This document shows, piece after piece, positions 11,734 to 23,851 of a stretch of DNA of 64,000 nt. The stretch's first letter is position 1. Every line of letters begins with the position of its first letter. The notes beneath the pieces were generated by a model. That model saw nothing but the letters and a program-made list of their open reading frames with translations, made no database searches and was not told where the DNA came from. Source of the stretch: Podospora anserina (Eukaryota); contig CM030334.1 in NCBI GenBank assembly GCA_017654855.1, forward strand, positions 3,100,001 to 3,164,000, in the 5' to 3' direction. The position numbers were made by a program, and so were the translations under genes.

Positions 11734-13845
11734 ATGCCGTCAACCAAAAGCACAAATGGCGATAGCCACTTCCAGCAAAAGATAAAGAGTTTCTTCCGCA
11801 TCAACTCGTCCAGCAGCAGTCGCGATGCCACCACCCCGGACCGGGAGCGCGGCGGCGTCTCGGGCCCCCTGCGCTCCGAGAACAACAAGCCCTCCCGCAA
11901 CACGAGGTTCTTCAGCGTCGGCCGCCTGCGCAGCGCGACCACCGCTAGCGAGGGACATCCGCTCGACGAGGCCATGAGCCCGACTGCTCATGCGAACCCC
12001 TACTTTGCCCACCAGGGCCAGCCCGGCCTACGACATCACAATGACGGGTCCGTACCCCCGAGTCCACCCGACACCCCGATGCTCAAGGTCGACGGCCCCA
12101 ACGGCGGGCCCGTGGAGAAGATATCGGCGAGCACCAAGGAGGAGCTCGCGAGGAAATTGAGGAGGGTTGCCAGTGCCCCGAATGCACAGGGCTTGTTTTC
12201 CAAGGGCAACGGCAGCGGGGAAAGACCACAAACCGCCGAGCTTAGCAAGGAGCCGCTCGCCGAGAGTAAGGACTCGACGAGCGTGGGATTTGCCGACGCC
12301 CAGACACCACCCGGCAGCGCGGTGGAATTGGCCACGTCTGTGCCGGAAGGGGATAGCCTCGGGGCGCTGCCACCACCGAACCAGTCGCCGTTGGCGTTCC
12401 GCAGGACGTATAGCTCCAACTCGATCAAGGTCCGGAATGTGGAGGTAGGCCCCCAGAGTTTCGACAAGATCAAGTTGATTGGTAAGGGTGATGTGGGTAA
12501 GGTGTATTTGGTGAGGGAGAAGAAGAGTTCAAGGCTGTATGCCATGAAGGGTTAGTCTGTCCAACCTTGGCTGGAGGAATGTGCTGGCTGACATGTCACA
12601 CAGTGTTGAGCAAGAAGGAGATGATCAAGCGCAACAAGATCAAGAGAGCGCTGGCAGAGCAGGAAATCCTCGCGACGAGCAACCACCCTTTTATCGTCAC
12701 TCTCTATCACTCTTTCCAGTCCGAGGACTACCTCTATCTGTGCATGGAGTACTGCAGCGGCGGCGAGTTTTTCAGGGCGTTGCAGACGAGACCGGGCAAG
12801 TGCATATCGGAGGATGACGCCCGCTTCTATGCGGCTGAGGTTACGGCCGCGTTGGAGTACTTGCATCTGATGGGTTTCATTTACCGGGATCTGAAGCCAG
12901 AGAGTATGTCTCGATCACTGCATGCGCCGTGTGGGATGTGTGCTGACAATCCGTCACAGATATTCTGCTTCATCAGTCTGGCCATATCATGCTTTCAGAT
13001 TTCGACTTGTCAAAACAGTCTGATCCCGGCGGCAAGCCGACGATGATTCTAGGGAAGAACGGCACCAGCTCGACATCGCTGCCAACCATCGATACCAAGT
13101 CGTGCATTGCCAACTTCCGAACGAACTCTTTTGTTGGCACAGAAGAGTACATCGCGCCCGAGGTGATCAAGGGCAGCGGGCACACCAGCGCCGTCGACTG
13201 GTGGACGCTGGGTATTTTGATCTACGAAATGCTGTACGGCACCACACCGTTCAAGGGAAAGAACCGCAATGCGACATTCGCCAACATCTTGCGCGAAGAC
13301 ATTCCCTTCCCGGACCACGCGGGCGCACCGCAAATATCAAAGTGAGTCTCCTGTCGCATCGCAGTCGCATGCACCATCGCATTTGTCAGAAGCCATTACT
13401 AATGCTATATCTCTCTCACCCCAGCCTCTGCAAGTCATTGATCCGCAAACTATTGATTAAAGACGAGAACCGTCGTCTTGGCGCCAGGGCGGGTGCATCC
13501 GACATCAAGACCCACGGCTTCTTCCGGACGACGCAGTGGGCCCTTATCAGGCACATGAAGCCGCCCATTATCCCCAACCAAGGACGTGGTATCGACACGA
13601 TCAACTTCAGAAATGTCAAGGAGTCTGCCAGTGTCGACATCAGCGGGTCCAGGCCGATGGGGGCGAAGGGTGTGCCGCTGGATAGTGGGTTAGCGACACC
13701 AGGAGCCGAGACGCCAGATCCGTTTGAGGAGTTCAACAGTGTCACGCTGCACCACGATGGGGAAGATCACTATGGTCAGCACTCGCCACCAGCACACCAG
13801 CAGCACAGGAATAGCGGAGGTGGCAAGAATGGGTATGATTCGTAG
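11734..13845 (+). CDS. nrc-2: AGC-family Ser/Thr kinase NRC-2 (Kin82/Fpk1-like); exons 11734-12550, 12604-12903, 12960-13341, 13425-13845; 639 aa
   Basis: [92 protein letters not shown]; three canonical introns restore one frame. Confidence 0.93.
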
Positions 13846-15370
13846 GGGGATACTCAGCTGCCACAGAGGGACCATAACAGCAGCAGGTTTGGGTTGCTGG
13901 TGGGGAGTTGTGTACCTGGGGTGTGGGGGTCAGGTCTACTAGGAGGAGGAGGAGGAGGAGGGCCGAGGGAAACGAGAAGCGAGAGCTGGGGAGGTGTGTC
14001 CTCTATTGCCACGACGAGGGGAAGCGGTGCATCATCTAGCAGGATTATAACGGGACAGCAGCAGCAGCAGCGGCAAACACAAGCACATCATCAACAGTCT
14101 GGTCATCATCGGAAGGATGGGGAAGGGAGGTTGTGGAAGCAGCCGTGGTTTTGCTTCTTGTGAAACATGTAAATGAGACGAGAAGAGCAAAAGAGAATGG
14201 AAATGAGAGGGGGTTGAGGGCAAAGAAAGAGGAACTGTTCAAAACATTTTTGGTCGTTTTTTTTTTCGGTGGGGGCAAAGGGATTGGTGTTTTTGCTGTC
14301 TTTTTTTTTTGAAACGCTTTGGTGTTTGTTTTGATGTGGTTTCGTTTTTTAAACACACACACGCGCAGACATGCACCTATTTTGAAGAAGGGGAGGGAAC
14401 GGGAGGGGACGAGCTGGGAAGGGTGGTGGGCGGTGGTGGTGGTGGGAGCAAGGCTTTTTTTATACACTAACTACTACATCCTACTACTACTATTAACTAC
14501 TACGCTAACGCTACGTACTCTATGTTTGAGTGAAGAGATGAGATGGTGGCTGGATGATAGCGAGTTTAAGGGGGACGGGTGAATTGAGGCACATGTTATT
14601 GAAGGATTTGTTCTGATCTGTTGTATGTGACATGTCTCCGTGGGTGACTACCTAGAAAAATTGCAAGCTCTTGTCAGTCCTAGGACCCGAGGTTGCTTTC
14701 TGGTTCGCTCTTCACTTGAAGTCGTTATATATAACTGTTCAATTTGTGCAGCGAGGCTCTCGAAAGGCAAGTGCAACTATGGCGTATGTGGGGCTATAAT
14801 TACTGCCTTTCACATCGTTCCCTTCTCATCAACTTCATCAATGGTCAAAGTCAGGGTTTTTCCTATTTTTCAGTTCGTCTGCTATCTTTCTCCATACCAT
14901 TGGAAGGCTTCCGCAGTGCCTCGACATCGCCTTGTATGACTGACGAAATACCCTCGAATTTCGACAGATCAGCGACTCGAACTTCAGCTGTGTAGGACAG
15001 AGCCCAATCACGTATCACAGCATAATATACAGCCCTCGGATTCCAGCACCTACATACACGCTGATAATGTCGCCTGCTTCATATTTCTATGCAGATGTCT
15101 AAGCCTTGGGTCGATCGTCGGTCGGCCCCCAATCACAACCAACACCAAGCTTCACGGCGAGTGGCTGTTTGTTCTTGGCTTTCATTGCACTGGACCATAT
15201 TGACGGCCGAAGGAGTGCCTTGTAACATGCACGGTTCGTGTGGAAGGAGGTCGCGACGAGGGTCTATAAGGCATCGACACAGCTCTGATTCATCGAATGT
15301 CTTCTGTTTTCAAGCTTTCTCTCTATTGAGCTGGATGGCTCTGTTCACTCCCAGCCTGCATTGAAGCAAA

Positions 15371-17361
15371 ATGACGAGGCCACAGACCACACATATGGAC
15401 GACAACCACAACGAACACCCACTACTCGACCACGAAAGGCCACCACCAGTATCAGAAGGCGCGAGCCTCGTCAACAACGAGAAGTCAAAGACAGGTCAAC
15501 CGGAAAAGCCATGGACACCAGGCTTTGGACCACGCTTCCCCTGGATAGCGAGTCTGTCCATACTATTCTCTTTTATCCTGGTCGGGCTCATGATCTCCAT
15601 CACAGTTCGGGCAGATGACACGAAAGTCGACTCTTGGGCTGTGTCACCACCGGTTCTTCTTGCGATTTTCTCCACTGTCGCCAATGCCCTCATCCAAGTT
15701 GCCCTGGTAAGAGGAGCTGCCATTACGTGGTGGTATCTTGCTATGCGGCCGGCTCGTCAGAGTCTTGTTCAGGATATACACTGGCGCTGGGCAGCGGCTG
15801 GTGGCATAGTCGATGCTGTGGAGAGCATTCTTCGCCGAGGCCTGAGCAAGACGGCTGTTGCGTGCTCCTTTGCAACGATTGTGGCTATCAACGCCCCGCT
15901 CTTGCAACGCGCGGTGGGCGTAAGAACTCGAGAAGACTTTAGAGCTGGTGTGCAAATCGGTCCGGTGTATGCAGCTCCGCGGCTCCCACAAGGCTTTGGC
16001 GCTGTGGCGCTTGGAAGGTACAAGGAGCTGAGCCCAGCGAAGAACTTTAGTGAGGTGATGGGGGAGTATTTCAGCAGATCGCCAATGATGATTCAGAGTG
16101 ATGGGGTCAACATCACGGGAGAATACACGACCGAGATCACTGCTGTGGGATATCGCTTTGACTGCACGGCTGAGAATACCACTAGACTCCCGAGCTACAG
16201 CGAGGTCGACGAAGGGTACCAGTATTACACGGGTCTCGGTGCCAACGTCTTTGTCAGTTCTCCGGTTTACAGTGAGAAGCCAAAAGATTTGTGGAATGCC
16301 AAATTCGTGGCCACGTTGCTGAAGAATCCCCTTCGGGAGGTGGACACGAGAAAAGACGGCCGCCAGTTCTTTTATGATGCTGTGTGGAAGCCGGAGCAGG
16401 GGTGTATAGACGCCACGCATGGCATCGAGGTTCGATCACGCAACTGGTATGTAATCCTACGTCTTGTGTACTGTACCACCAGTTGTTGCATTCTCCCCTG
16501 ATGTATCTCTGTTTCTCACCGAGGTACAAAGAAGACATTTGAGCTTGTTGGCTAAATTCCGAGAACAGTGACATCTACCCAGCGGTCGTCAAGTACCCTA
16601 TCACCATCTCCAACAACACCATCAAACTTCGCCCGAGCCCGTCGCCCCTTCACGACGAGCTAGTCTCGCTTGAGACCTTTGACGAGGCCATGGAAGATAT
16701 GAACCGGGCCAGCTCTACGCACGGCGGACTCGCGCTGTTGTTGAACCACCGCTTCTCGGCCAACTACACCATCAGACCGGTGACGCCCATGCAGGACTAT
16801 CACCGGTGGGATGCGCTGTCGGAAGGGTACTTTGCCTACGAGATGGCCGCGACGGCTGCCGACGAAGTCAACTGCAACCGCAGATTCAAGGACCCGGGAC
16901 CGATTATCTATGAAGCTGTTCGCGAACTGGCGTTGCGCTCGGCTCTCCGGGCTGTGAACACGTCGGATCCTGAACACAAGCTGATGCTGGAGGGGGAGCA
17001 GACTGAGACGGTGGCGGTGTTTGTAGCTAACATGGCGTTTCTCTATGGGGCGGTGGCGGTTACGGTTTTGGCTACGGTGGCGGTTATGCCTTTGTATTAT
17101 GGGTTTTGGAAGCTGGGGAGGGAGGTTTCGATATCGCCGTTGGAGGTTGCGAAGGCTTTTCGGGCGGTGCAGTTGGAGGGGGTGGCGTCTAATGCTGAGA
17201 TTGGAGGGTTGCTCAAGGGGGTGGGGGGGAGGCCGATTCGGTATGGGGTTGTTGAGGTTGAGGAGGGGGGGTGGATTTTGGGGATGGGGAAGCCGGGGAG
17301 GACGGTTCATCCTGATGAGATGGGGGAGAGGGATTCGCTTGAGGGGATGGGGAGAGTGTAA
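15371..17361 (+). CDS. Fungal membrane protein, DUF3176-like; exons 15371-16446, 16569-17361; 622 aa
   Basis: N-terminal TM helices with W-x-V-x-P-x-V-L-L-A-I and GAAITWW, PLLQRA; C-terminal TM then GFWKLGREVSISPLEVAKAF; intron GTATGT..CAG joins the two ORFs in frame. Confidence 0.75.
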
Positions 17362-18769
17362 GGGGGAGGGAAGGAAGGTGATGTGTGATGACTCCGTTGG
17401 GAGGGTTTTCGGGAGACTCGTTTTAGAGATTGTGAAGTTCAGGTCAGTCAAATCAAAGTTGTCTATGCTGTTGCCCGTTCAGACGGTTACTTGATCACCT
17501 CGAGAGAAGCGTACAGTCAAACGCGTGGAGGCTAGACAATATGCTCGCAGGCATGGTATATCTAGACGAATCGCTCACAGTAAATATCTGCAAGTCTACA
17601 TTCTGGGACATTTAACCCCCCTCGGGAAGTGACCATGAGCCATGCTCCAAAACATTTCTCGCCAGACGGTCATCCGAACGGTGGTGCTCCTGACCATAAA
17701 ACATTCATGTAACCTTGCCCGCTCAACACACAGCCACACCTTCGTGTAAACATATCAAGTATCTAGCTACAATACCTAGCACCAAACCACCTTTTTCACC
17801 AAAAGAACTTCTCGATTCTCCAAACCACTTGGCCCGCAGCAGGTGCTCTCGCACCACCAAGATACTAGCGATCACTCTGGTACTGAACAGCCCCTGCAAG
17901 AATGGGAACACAATCCCGGGTTATACAAGAAGTCAGACTGGGCGGCACACAATGGTATCCGTTTTTATGGCTGTATGCATGTTCGTCTCACTTCGTTTCG
18001 ATGATGATTTGCGGGCTGGATCGGAGGCGAGGGGGGTGAATCGAGTGATTGCTGCTGCTGTTGCTGAAGGAGGGGAGGTGATTGGGGCAGGTTCAGGGGA
18101 AATGGAGATGTAAATGGGGGTTATGGGTGGTCTGATGATGAGGTTATGTATGAATATGAGGCATGAGATGGGGAATGAGATGAATGATGGTGGGATTGAT
18201 GGTGGGATTGAGGGTGAAAGGACAGTCAGTTCAGAGCTTCATGTGGGTTGTTCATGGTATACCAGCCTGCCAAATGGACAGTAATAAGGTATCATGGGGT
18301 TGTTAGTTGGAACCCAAACTTGCTCTCACTTTTATCTTGCCTTTATTTCTGTTCGCATATGTAAAACATTGCATCCAGATCACGTATCAGTGTAGGGGCA
18401 TAGCGTTTCACTACGCAAGAACAATCTAGGTGGTTTGAGGAGCCAGTCCAAATATCGTGTGGATTCAAATGGTTGTAGTAAGGTACCATCCAATCCATCA
18501 AGCACACAAGCCCAATATTCTCAATCGACTTTTCGGGCATGTCGGCATACATCGGGTATCACCAACCGACCAAGATAAGCCCGCTTCCTCCCGCCCTTGC
18601 AGGTGGTTCACTTCCCCTCTTCTCTTGTGAGATTTGAGAATTTTTCACGAGAATCAACCCTCTCACAAAAAGTCTTGCTGAGGATCACAGCACTCAGCAA
18701 TCTGGAATTCTATCATCTCCCTTCTTGTTCCCTTTGTAACATCGAGCAGTCATTGCTTCGACTTTGAAG

Positions 18770-19860
18770 ATGTTCCAAATCATCCCCCGCCATGTGATAA
18801 CCCGACGAGTGGTGCCCCTCACCGTGAGGGGAACAGGTGAGAATGCCCAACACTCACATGCCATTTGCTCTGCTAACCACACCATCAAGCACCACGCCTC
18901 ACTCCTCTCTATCGCCAAACCCCCCTTCGTTACTACAGTGACAAGAAGGACTCTGACAAACTTAATCAAGAGCCAAAGAAACAGGCCACCGATCCCAGCA
19001 CCACCACTACCACCACCAAGCAAGACGACATCCTCTCCCTCCGTCAAAAACTTCACAAAACCAACACCTGGCACGAAGCCGACCAACTCCGGAAACAGAT
19101 CCGAAAACATGGGGAAGAAGTGACAGAAACACCAACCACATCAGCGACACCAGTGGCACCAGCCACATCAGCAACAACAGCAACACCAGCGATACCAGCG
19201 ACACCAGCGACACCAGCAACCCCAGCACCAGCAACATCAGCAACACTAGCAAAACCAGCAACACCAACGACACCAACAACACCAACAACACCACCAACCC
19301 CCGCCCAAGCCGTCAACCCCCCAGCCCAACCCCCAATCGACCTCCTCCTAAAACAACAGCTCTCCCTCCACCTATCCCGCCTCATCCAAGAATCAACAGA
19401 CCAAACCCTCCAAAAACTTGCCCCCCTCACCAACCCCACCACCACTCCAGGCATCGTCAATACCCTCAAAAGAATCGAAAGAAGAGCCTGGGCCTGGAGG
19501 ATCTTCCTCCTCACTGCCGCCCTGGCCGGGACTGTAGTCCTAATCCCCGAGCACGAAAGGGAGTACTACATCTACCGCTTCAACGACGCGTGCGAAGAGG
19601 TGAAGGGGTGGTTTGACGAGGAGGTGAGAGAGGCCAGGAGGAAGAAGAGGGAGGAGCAAGAGCTGGAACAGGAGAGGGGTGTTATCGAGGCGTTGACGAG
19701 GAGCGACATCAAGGTTGAGGCCTACCCTTCGCGAGATGATCAGCGTCTGTCCATCCTGTCAAAGTTCTTGTTTGTCCTGTTTTGGTGCTTTTGCTGGTCG
19801 GGGGGTTTTACCGGGTTGGTGCTCCCGGGGAGGGTGTTCAGGGGTGGGAAGGTTGAGTAA
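18770..19860 (+). CDS. Hypothetical protein, probably a mitochondrial membrane protein; exons 18770-18836, 18890-19860; about 345 aa
   Basis: A 53-nt intron GTGAGA..GCTAAC..AAG fuses the two track ORFs. The N-terminus is Arg-rich and acid-free (MFQIIPRHVITRRVVPLTVRGTAPRLTPLYRQTPLRYYS), followed by PAT repeats, a TM segment and a coiled coil. Confidence 0.65.
19127..19300 (+). repeat. Coding 9-nt minisatellite (ACACCAGCA-like) encoding Thr-Pro-Ala repeats
   Basis: Degenerate tandem units translate as TPVAPATSATTATPAIPATPATPATP..TPTTPTTPTTP. Confidence 0.75.
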
Positions 19861-20305
19861 GGTGGGAATTGGCGGCTGGAAATGAATTTATGAAATAGAC
19901 GGATGGTTAGGGAGGGTAAGTCTTTGGGTACCTAGCAGGCGTTTTTTGTTACTTTTCTGTTCTTTTGCGGGATGTTTGTATAGAAACGGGCAATATGAGA
20001 CACACGACTCTTCATATACAATCATGTCTGCAACCCGCGAAACACCTGTCACAGCCGACATCACACCTGATGTAGTGCCCTAGAGCAGCCTTTTATTGCC
20101 AAGCACACACCTCCCAGCAAGCACCTAGACACCCTCTGCACTTCAAAAGACACATACCACACTCCTCAGAGCACCCATCACACAACCAGATGACACCTAC
20201 TTGCACTAACCAAAACACCTCCATTCCAACCAAAAAGACGTCGAAATGTATTACCCACGCCCCTATCCTATTGTTCCTCTACCCCTCTCCCAACTATATA
20301 AAAAC

Positions 20306-22705
20306 CTACTCAATCATAGCATACTTCTCCGCATCCTTCACACTGGGCTTCACCTCCGACAGCGCCTTCTCCCAATCCTCCTTCGTAATCACCGGCTTCT
20401 TCAACTTGACCCCATTCTTTGCAGTAGCATGCTGCCCCATCTGCTGCAGCTTAAGCGTGTACGCCCTCTCCAAGCAAGCCTGCGCAGCCGCCTGCATCAG
20501 ATTGCCCAAATCAGCACCAGAGAACCCCTGGCATCTGGGATCCAGCGCCACTTCCGACAAGTCAGCCTCCTGTTCAAGCTCTTGTTGTTCAGCGGCGACT
20601 TCATTATCCACATCCATGGCTTCCGCAGCAGCGGCCTTTTCCTGCTCTTTCTGCTGCTGTTGCTGGCGAGTGATGGTGTTGCGGTAGAGCGTCTTGAGAA
20701 TGTCGATGCGGTCTTCCGGACCAGGCAGACCGACATAGATGCTGGTTCCCAGGCGGCCAGGACGACGGATGGCCTCGTCGATGATGTCTGGCCTGTTGGT
20801 TGCGCCAATGACGTAGATGCCGCTCCGGTCGCCCACACCGTCGAGTTCGGTGAGGAGGGTGTTGACCACGCGGGCGCTGGCGTCGGAGAGGGAGTCGTCT
20901 CTCTTTGGCACGAGGGCGTCCATCTCGTCAAAGAACAAGATGCATGGAGCAGAAGACTTGGCGCGGGAGAATAGTTGACGGACCGCCCGCTCGGATTCAC
21001 CGACGTATTTGTTGAGCAGCTCTGGACCCTTGATGGAGATGAAATTCGCCTTGGATTCGTTGGCGACGGCTTTGGCGACGAGAGTCTTGCCACAACCTGG
21101 AGGACCCCAGAGCAAGATACCAGCTGCCGGCTTGATACCAACCGCATTGAAGAGCTCTGGGTCTTTGATAGGGCCGATGATAGACATCTCAAGCTTCTTG
21201 CGGACGTCTCCCAAGGCACCGACGTTGGCCCAAGTGGTGTCGGGGATGGTGCTGAAGCCCTCACGCTTGGAGGCCGGTTGGACGCGAGAAATAGCTGTCT
21301 TGAACTGTTCGTTGGAGATTTGCGTCTCTCCCCAGGAGGCTTGCCGGTGTTCTTCGAGAAGGAGCCAGTCCTGCTGCGCTTTGGAGACCTCGCTGGCGTC
21401 CTCATCTGCTGGCCTGAGGCCGCGGGCCTTTTGGAGGAGCTGCTGAAGACTGCCGCTGAAACTCTCTGATACCGCTGCCGTGACGACGTATTGCAAATCG
21501 CTGCCCACGTAACCAGGTGTCAGCTTGGCGAGCTCCTTGAAGTTGACATCCTCGGCAAGATTCAAATCCCGTGATAACGACCGCAGAATCTGCTCTCTCG
21601 CCCTCTCGCTCGGCATGCCCATGTCCACTTCCGATCCGAACCGTCTCCGGATCGCTGGGTCGAGCGACTCTGGTCTGTTTGTAGCCGCCAAAACCACCAC
21701 GTTCTTCCCCAGCGGCGTGTTCCTCTTGATCCGATCCATCCCGTTCATAATCTCGGCCACGATTCTGCCCTCCATGCCCTTGTTCGCGCTCTCTCTCTTG
21801 CCAGCAATGGCATCGATCTCGTCAAAAAAAATGAGGCATGGCGCAATGCGAATAGCCTCATCAAACACATCCCTGATATTCTTCTCCGACTCACCCGACG
21901 TACCACCAACGATGGAAGGCGCAGAAATGGGGATAAACGCGGCGCCCGCGCTCCCAGCAACAGCGTGCGCAAGCGTGGTCTTCCCGCAGCCAGACGGCCC
22001 ATGAAGCAAAACACCATTACCATACCGATACCCCATTTTCTCACAGGCCTCCCCGGCATTCAACGGGAACCAGATCTCCTGCATCAGCCTCTCCAACGTG
22101 TCGTCCACACCGGCGATATCCCGTATCGAGATTCCTGTCGGGGGCGTTCTGTCCACCTCCTTGGGCGTGCCCTTTCGTTTTTTAGGCCTTGGTTCCCCAT
22201 TCGCATGCCTATCAGTCGTTTCCTTAGGCCTGTCAGTACCATCCTTAGGCGTCCCAACAGTAGCCTGAGGCCTCTCCTCCCCATCCTGACCCGCCCCGTT
22301 ATCCTCCACAGACCTCCCCCCATCATCACTCTTCGCACTCCCAAACCCCCACCCCCTCGCAATCTGCCGATTCAACAGTCCCGCATCCCTCGCCTCCCTC
22401 CTCTCCCTCTCCATCCGTTCCACAACCTCATCACTATCCTCCTCGTCCTCCCCCTCCCGATCCCTCTTCATTTGCTTTTCCCTCACCTCCAGCACCCGCT
22501 CAATCGACTCCTCCAAAACCTTCTTCTTCTGCCTCGCCACACTGGAATTTGATTTCTTGATCGCGTCATAAACCGTCGAAACTGCCAACCTCCCCGGTTT
22601 TTCCCTCTGCGAATCCAACGTTTGGATTATCCCGTAGACTTCCCGATCGAGACGGAGGTTGGGGTTGAACCCGCCAGATGTTGAAGGTCGTGGTGGTCGG
22701 GACAT
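20306..22705 (-). CDS. RIX7: Ribosome biogenesis double-AAA ATPase Rix7/NVL, 799 aa, intronless
   Basis: Two Walker A motifs ([16 protein letters not shown]), Walker [48 protein letters not shown]; first ATG at 22705. Confidence 0.93.
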   Translation of the reverse strand: MSRPPRPSTSGGFNPNLRLDREVYGIIQTLDSQREKPGRLAVSTVYDAIKKSNSSVARQKKKVLEESIERVLEVREKQMKRDREGEDEEDSDEVVERMERERREARDAGLLNRQIARGWGFGSAKSDDGGRSVEDNGAGQDGEERPQATVGTPKDGTDRPKETTDRHANGEPRPKKRKGTPKEVDRTPPTGISIRDIAGVDDTLERLMQEIWFPLNAGEACEKMGYRYGNGVLLHGPSGCGKTTLAHAVAGSAGAAFIPISAPSIVGGTSGESEKNIRDVFDEAIRIAPCLIFFDEIDAIAGKRESANKGMEGRIVAEIMNGMDRIKRNTPLGKNVVVLAATNRPESLDPAIRRRFGSEVDMGMPSERAREQILRSLSRDLNLAEDVNFKELAKLTPGYVGSDLQYVVTAAVSESFSGSLQQLLQKARGLRPADEDASEVSKAQQDWLLLEEHRQASWGETQISNEQFKTAISRVQPASKREGFSTIPDTTWANVGALGDVRKKLEMSIIGPIKDPELFNAVGIKPAAGILLWGPPGCGKTLVAKAVANESKANFISIKGPELLNKYVGESERAVRQLFSRAKSSAPCILFFDEMDALVPKRDDSLSDASARVVNTLLTELDGVGDRSGIYVIGATNRPDIIDEAIRRPGRLGTSIYVGLPGPEDRIDILKTLYRNTITRQQQQQKEQEKAAAAEAMDVDNEVAAEQQELEQEADLSEVALDPRCQGFSGADLGNLMQAAAQACLERAYTLKLQQMGQHATAKNGVKLKKPVITKEDWEKALSEVKPSVKDAEKYAMIE

Positions 22706-23851
22706 TGTTCGTTGCAGTTGCAAATAATAATAACCCCCCCCCCTCCAAAAGAGAAAAAAAGGGAAATAGGCTTTGTGGCTTGAATGAGTTGGGGAAGAAT
22801 GTGTTGTGCAAAAATCTTTTGCAAACCACCGCCGTCAAAAAGAGGGTGTTTAGTATCGTTGGTTTCTGACACAAAGAGAAAATGTATTTGACTCGGGTGG
22901 GGTGTCAAGATACCCACAACAGGATCTTGGGAGTGATTATTGTTCTTGCTGTTTCATGTGAGAACCTCTCTGGCTGCACGCTGCTGCTGGTGATGAATGA
23001 GATTAAAAAAAAAAAGTTGTGAATGAAATGAATACTCAGTTTTCGCACTGTGTGTGTGTGCACACACATGGTTTGGGTCTTGGCGGTGAGTAAATGGTGG
23101 GGGCGGTGGATAGTACCCTAACCCTGAGTTGACAGCGTTTAAAAATGGTTAATACACCATAATACACGGTTTCATAAGTCTTGAAAATATACCATAGGCC
23201 TATAAAGATAGTCGACAAACACACTGCTTCAATCTCAATCTTCTCATCTCGCGTCGCAGTCCCCATCTTTTTGTCCACAACATCCGTGGGAAAAGGCGGG
23301 GGCTCAGGTATGACCCCCACCATGTAATTGAGGCTCAAATCACCCCAAGATGAATGCTCTCATCACATCAACACCACAAAACCTCAACCTTGAAAGTTAC
23401 TATTCAATATTTTCATACCTCCTGACTACCAAAGTCATAGAACCTAATCTCATATGCTGTAGTCCCGCCATGACTAAACACATGTCCGCGTGAATGACCT
23501 CCCTCTCACACCCACCCATAACATGACACCACCCACGTCCCCCAAAATGCCAACCAACCAACCCACCACCACCACCACACCCCCCTGATGATATGACAAC
23601 AATATGATATGATATGAACCAGCCAAACCAGACCCCTCTCCAGAGAGGCCTCAGATAAATAATGCGTCGCCATAAAAAGCCGGAAAGAAAACCAGATTTA
23701 TACAACCATGTTTTTTTTCGTCTTGGAAGCTTTTCTAAGACAAAAAAAAAAAAAAAAGAGATACAATATTACAGAAAACATACAACAACATCTTTCGCAT
23801 GAATGCGTTATCAGACACACACACAAATAATCTCTCCTCCAGACAAAAACT

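Noticed and set aside
17720-18260. Possible small spliced minus-strand gene (QQQQQSLDSPPSPP..)
   Set aside because: No in-frame start codon; frame closed by nearby stops.
20246-22552. Long alternative-frame and antisense ORFs over RIX7 (similarly 47362-48288, 56632-57474, 37793-38644)
   Set aside because: Shadow ORFs expected from GC-rich codon bias; no recognisable domains.
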